A model generated the notes under the pieces. That model searched no databases, was not told where the DNA came from, and was given only the letters and a program-made list of their open reading frames with translations. From assembly GCA_903925745.1 (NCBI GenBank), contig CAIYGQ010000218.1:12274-76273 (forward strand): 64,000 bases of DNA, read 5' to 3'. This document shows, piece after piece, positions 62,445-64,000 of this stretch (positions are counted from its first letter, which is position 1; each line of letters begins with the position of its first letter). A program made the position numbers and the translations under genes. The DNA comes from an uncultured Actinomycetes bacterium. GTDB lineage: Bacteria > Actinomycetota > Acidimicrobiia > Acidimicrobiales > Microtrichaceae.

Positions 62445-63057
62445 AGATCGACTGCGACTCGCACGGCTGGAGGAGGCCGTCGAGGGGATCCAGCACTCGC
62501 TCGACCGGGTCCAGCTGATGTTCCTGATGAAGGATCCGAGCGTTCCGGCCGGGGCCGATGCGTACGAGGGCCTGCGGCGGAGCTTGATTCTGGCGCGGGA
62601 GGACCGCATGGCCCGGCTGGTCGACCTGGCCAGGATCGACGCGAGCCTGCACCGGGCCGACGGGGCCGGTGATGTCGCAGCGATCGTCGACGAGTTGCTC
62701 GTGGCCGCAGGAGTCGAGCGGGTGGATCACCCGACCAGCGGCACCGACGGGTTGTTCGACGTGTTCGGTGAGGCTGGCCCCGGGACCCGCGAGGTGGTCC
62801 TCGAAGCCGCCTACGTGCACGCGGAGTCCGGTGCGGTCGTTCGAACGGGCCGTGTGCGCCACGAACCGAGGACTGGAACCGCTGGATCGTCCGAATCGAG
62901 GGGCGGTCGTCCGACCGGTGCGGAGGACGACGACGGGTTCCGCACCGACGACTCGGAGCATTCGGTCGGGCAGGACGCTGAGGGTGGATCGGATGGACCA
63001 GACGGCGGTTCCGATGGCGGGTCCGACGGTGCTTCCGGACGGGGAACGGCGCAGTGA
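62428..63057 (+). CDS. Possible GrpE-like nucleotide-exchange factor
   Basis: ATG 62428 follows GAAGGGAG. Coiled N-terminus (RLRLARLEEAVEGIQHSLDRVQ). C-terminal VVLEAAYVHAESGAVVRTGRVRH is reminiscent of the GrpE beta domain. Weak call. Confidence 0.35.
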   Translation: MRRKDEDRLRLARLEEAVEGIQHSLDRVQLMFLMKDPSVPAGADAYEGLRRSLILAREDRMARLVDLARIDASLHRADGAGDVAAIVDELLVAAGVERVDHPTSGTDGLFDVFGEAGPGTREVVLEAAYVHAESGAVVRTGRVRHEPRTGTAGSSESRGGRPTGAEDDDGFRTDDSEHSVGQDAEGGSDGPDGGSDGGSDGASGRGTAQ

Positions 63058-64000
63058 CCACCTACGGGATCGACTTCGGAACCACCAACTCGGCGCTCGC
63101 GAGCTGCTCGTCGGGGTCGACCACCGTCGTCCCCATCGACACGCCGCCGGGGGAGTGGCGCACCGAGGGCTTCGACAAGGTGCTCCCGTCGGTCATCGGT
63201 GTCGACGGGTCGGGGTCGTGGGCGTTCGGCTGGGCCGCCAAGCAGCCGGGTCGTCGTCGGCTCGACGCGGCGAAGCGGCTCCTCGCCACCGAGGACACGG
63301 TGCAGGTCGGGGTTGAGTCGCTGTTCGTCGAGGAAGCGGCGGGGGCGCTGTTCGGTCGGATCCGGGACGGCGGCCGTGCGGCGGGGGTCGAGTTCGACCA
63401 GGCGGTCATCACCATCCCCGCCAACTCGCGAGGTCTGGCCCGGTACCGCACCCGGATCTGCGCCGGGTTGGCCGGCATCGAGACGCTCGCGTTGCTCAAC
63501 GAGCCGACGGCGGCGGCCATGGCGTTCGGTTCGCAGGTCGGCGACGACGAGCGGATTCTGGTCGTTGACCTGGGAGGCGGCACGCTCGACGTGACGGTGC
63601 TGCACGCAATCGGTGGCGTGTTCATGGAGCAGGCGTCGGCCGGAATCCAACGGCTCGGCGGCATCGATCTGGACCAGGAGATCGCCCGCCACGTGATGGA
63701 CGAGGTGCCGGGCTCGACGAGTTGGTCCAAGGAGGTCAAACAGGAGTTCCTGCTGGACGTCGAGCTGGCGAAGATCCGCCTGTCGACGCGCACCGAGGTG
63801 GCGCTCCCGCTCCCGGACGGAGGTTCGAGGACACTGACCCGGTCACAGGTCGCTGGATGGCTGGAGCCGCTCGTGTCCCGGCTCGACGAGCCGGTGACCG
63901 AGGCGTTGCAGCGTGCCGGGATGCACCTGTCCGACGTGGACCACCTGCTGCTGATCGGTGGGTCGTGCAAGATGCCTGCGGTGCGGGACCGGGTGGTCGA
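63054..64000 (+). CDS. Hsp70/DnaK-family ATPase (3' end outside window; not in supplied ORF track)
   Basis: My translation from GTG 63054: TTYGIDFGTTNS, VITIPANS, LLNEPTAAAMAFG, LVVDLGGGTLDVTVL, GGIDLDQ, LLIGGSCKMPAVRD. GTGA overlap with the upstream stop. Confidence 0.85.
   Translation, partial: MTTYGIDFGTTNSALASCSSGSTTVVPIDTPPGEWRTEGFDKVLPSVIGVDGSGSWAFGWAAKQPGRRRLDAAKRLLATEDTVQVGVESLFVEEAAGALFGRIRDGGRAAGVEFDQAVITIPANSRGLARYRTRICAGLAGIETLALLNEPTAAAMAFGSQVGDDERILVVDLGGGTLDVTVLHAIGGVFMEQASAGIQRLGGIDLDQEIARHVMDEVPGSTSWSKEVKQEFLLDVELAKIRLSTRTEVALPLPDGGSRTLTRSQVAGWLEPLVSRLDEPVTEALQRAGMHLSDVDHLLLIGGSCKMPAVRDRVV

Overview
GC-rich, actinobacterium-like DNA in which nearly the whole 64 kb is a defence or conflict island. 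All family calls come from motifs read by eye; no similarity search was run. The core is a type III CRISPR-Cas locus on the minus strand (19.3-30.8 kb). It encodes an HD-less cas10, three large RAMP proteins including Cas7 fusions, a small csx19-position gene and cas6, in the order I recall for type III-Dv. Two arrays share one 37-nt repeat (47968-48829 and 58135-58576), each with the same 183-bp leader. An RT-cas1-cas2-cas2 adaptation module and at least six CARF-type sensor/effector genes accompany them.

The most unusual part lies directly upstream of cas10 on the same strand. A start/stop-coupled E2-like / JAB / E1 (ThiF) ubiquitin-type conjugation cassette (37.6-41.8 kb) runs into a 1,895-aa STAND/ORC-like ATPase and a HEPN protein (30.9-37.7 kb). 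I know of no described type III system with this module.

Other clusters:
- A four-gene coupled operon (0.5-6.2 kb): SUV3-like helicase, coiled-coil protein, Clp-like AAA+ and an orphan NrdG-type radical SAM.
- A cluster at 6.3-17.2 kb: FHA, PP2C, Ser/Thr kinase, membrane proteins, HerA/FtsK-like ATPase, then a papain-fold toxin with a putative immunity gene.
- A tandem CbbX/SpoVK AAA+ cluster (53.2-57.1 kb).
- A non-canonical Hsp70, GrpE-like and J-like set (59.4-64 kb).

Many neighbouring genes overlap by ATGA or GTGA, indicating operons. No rRNA, tRNA or transposase was recognised.
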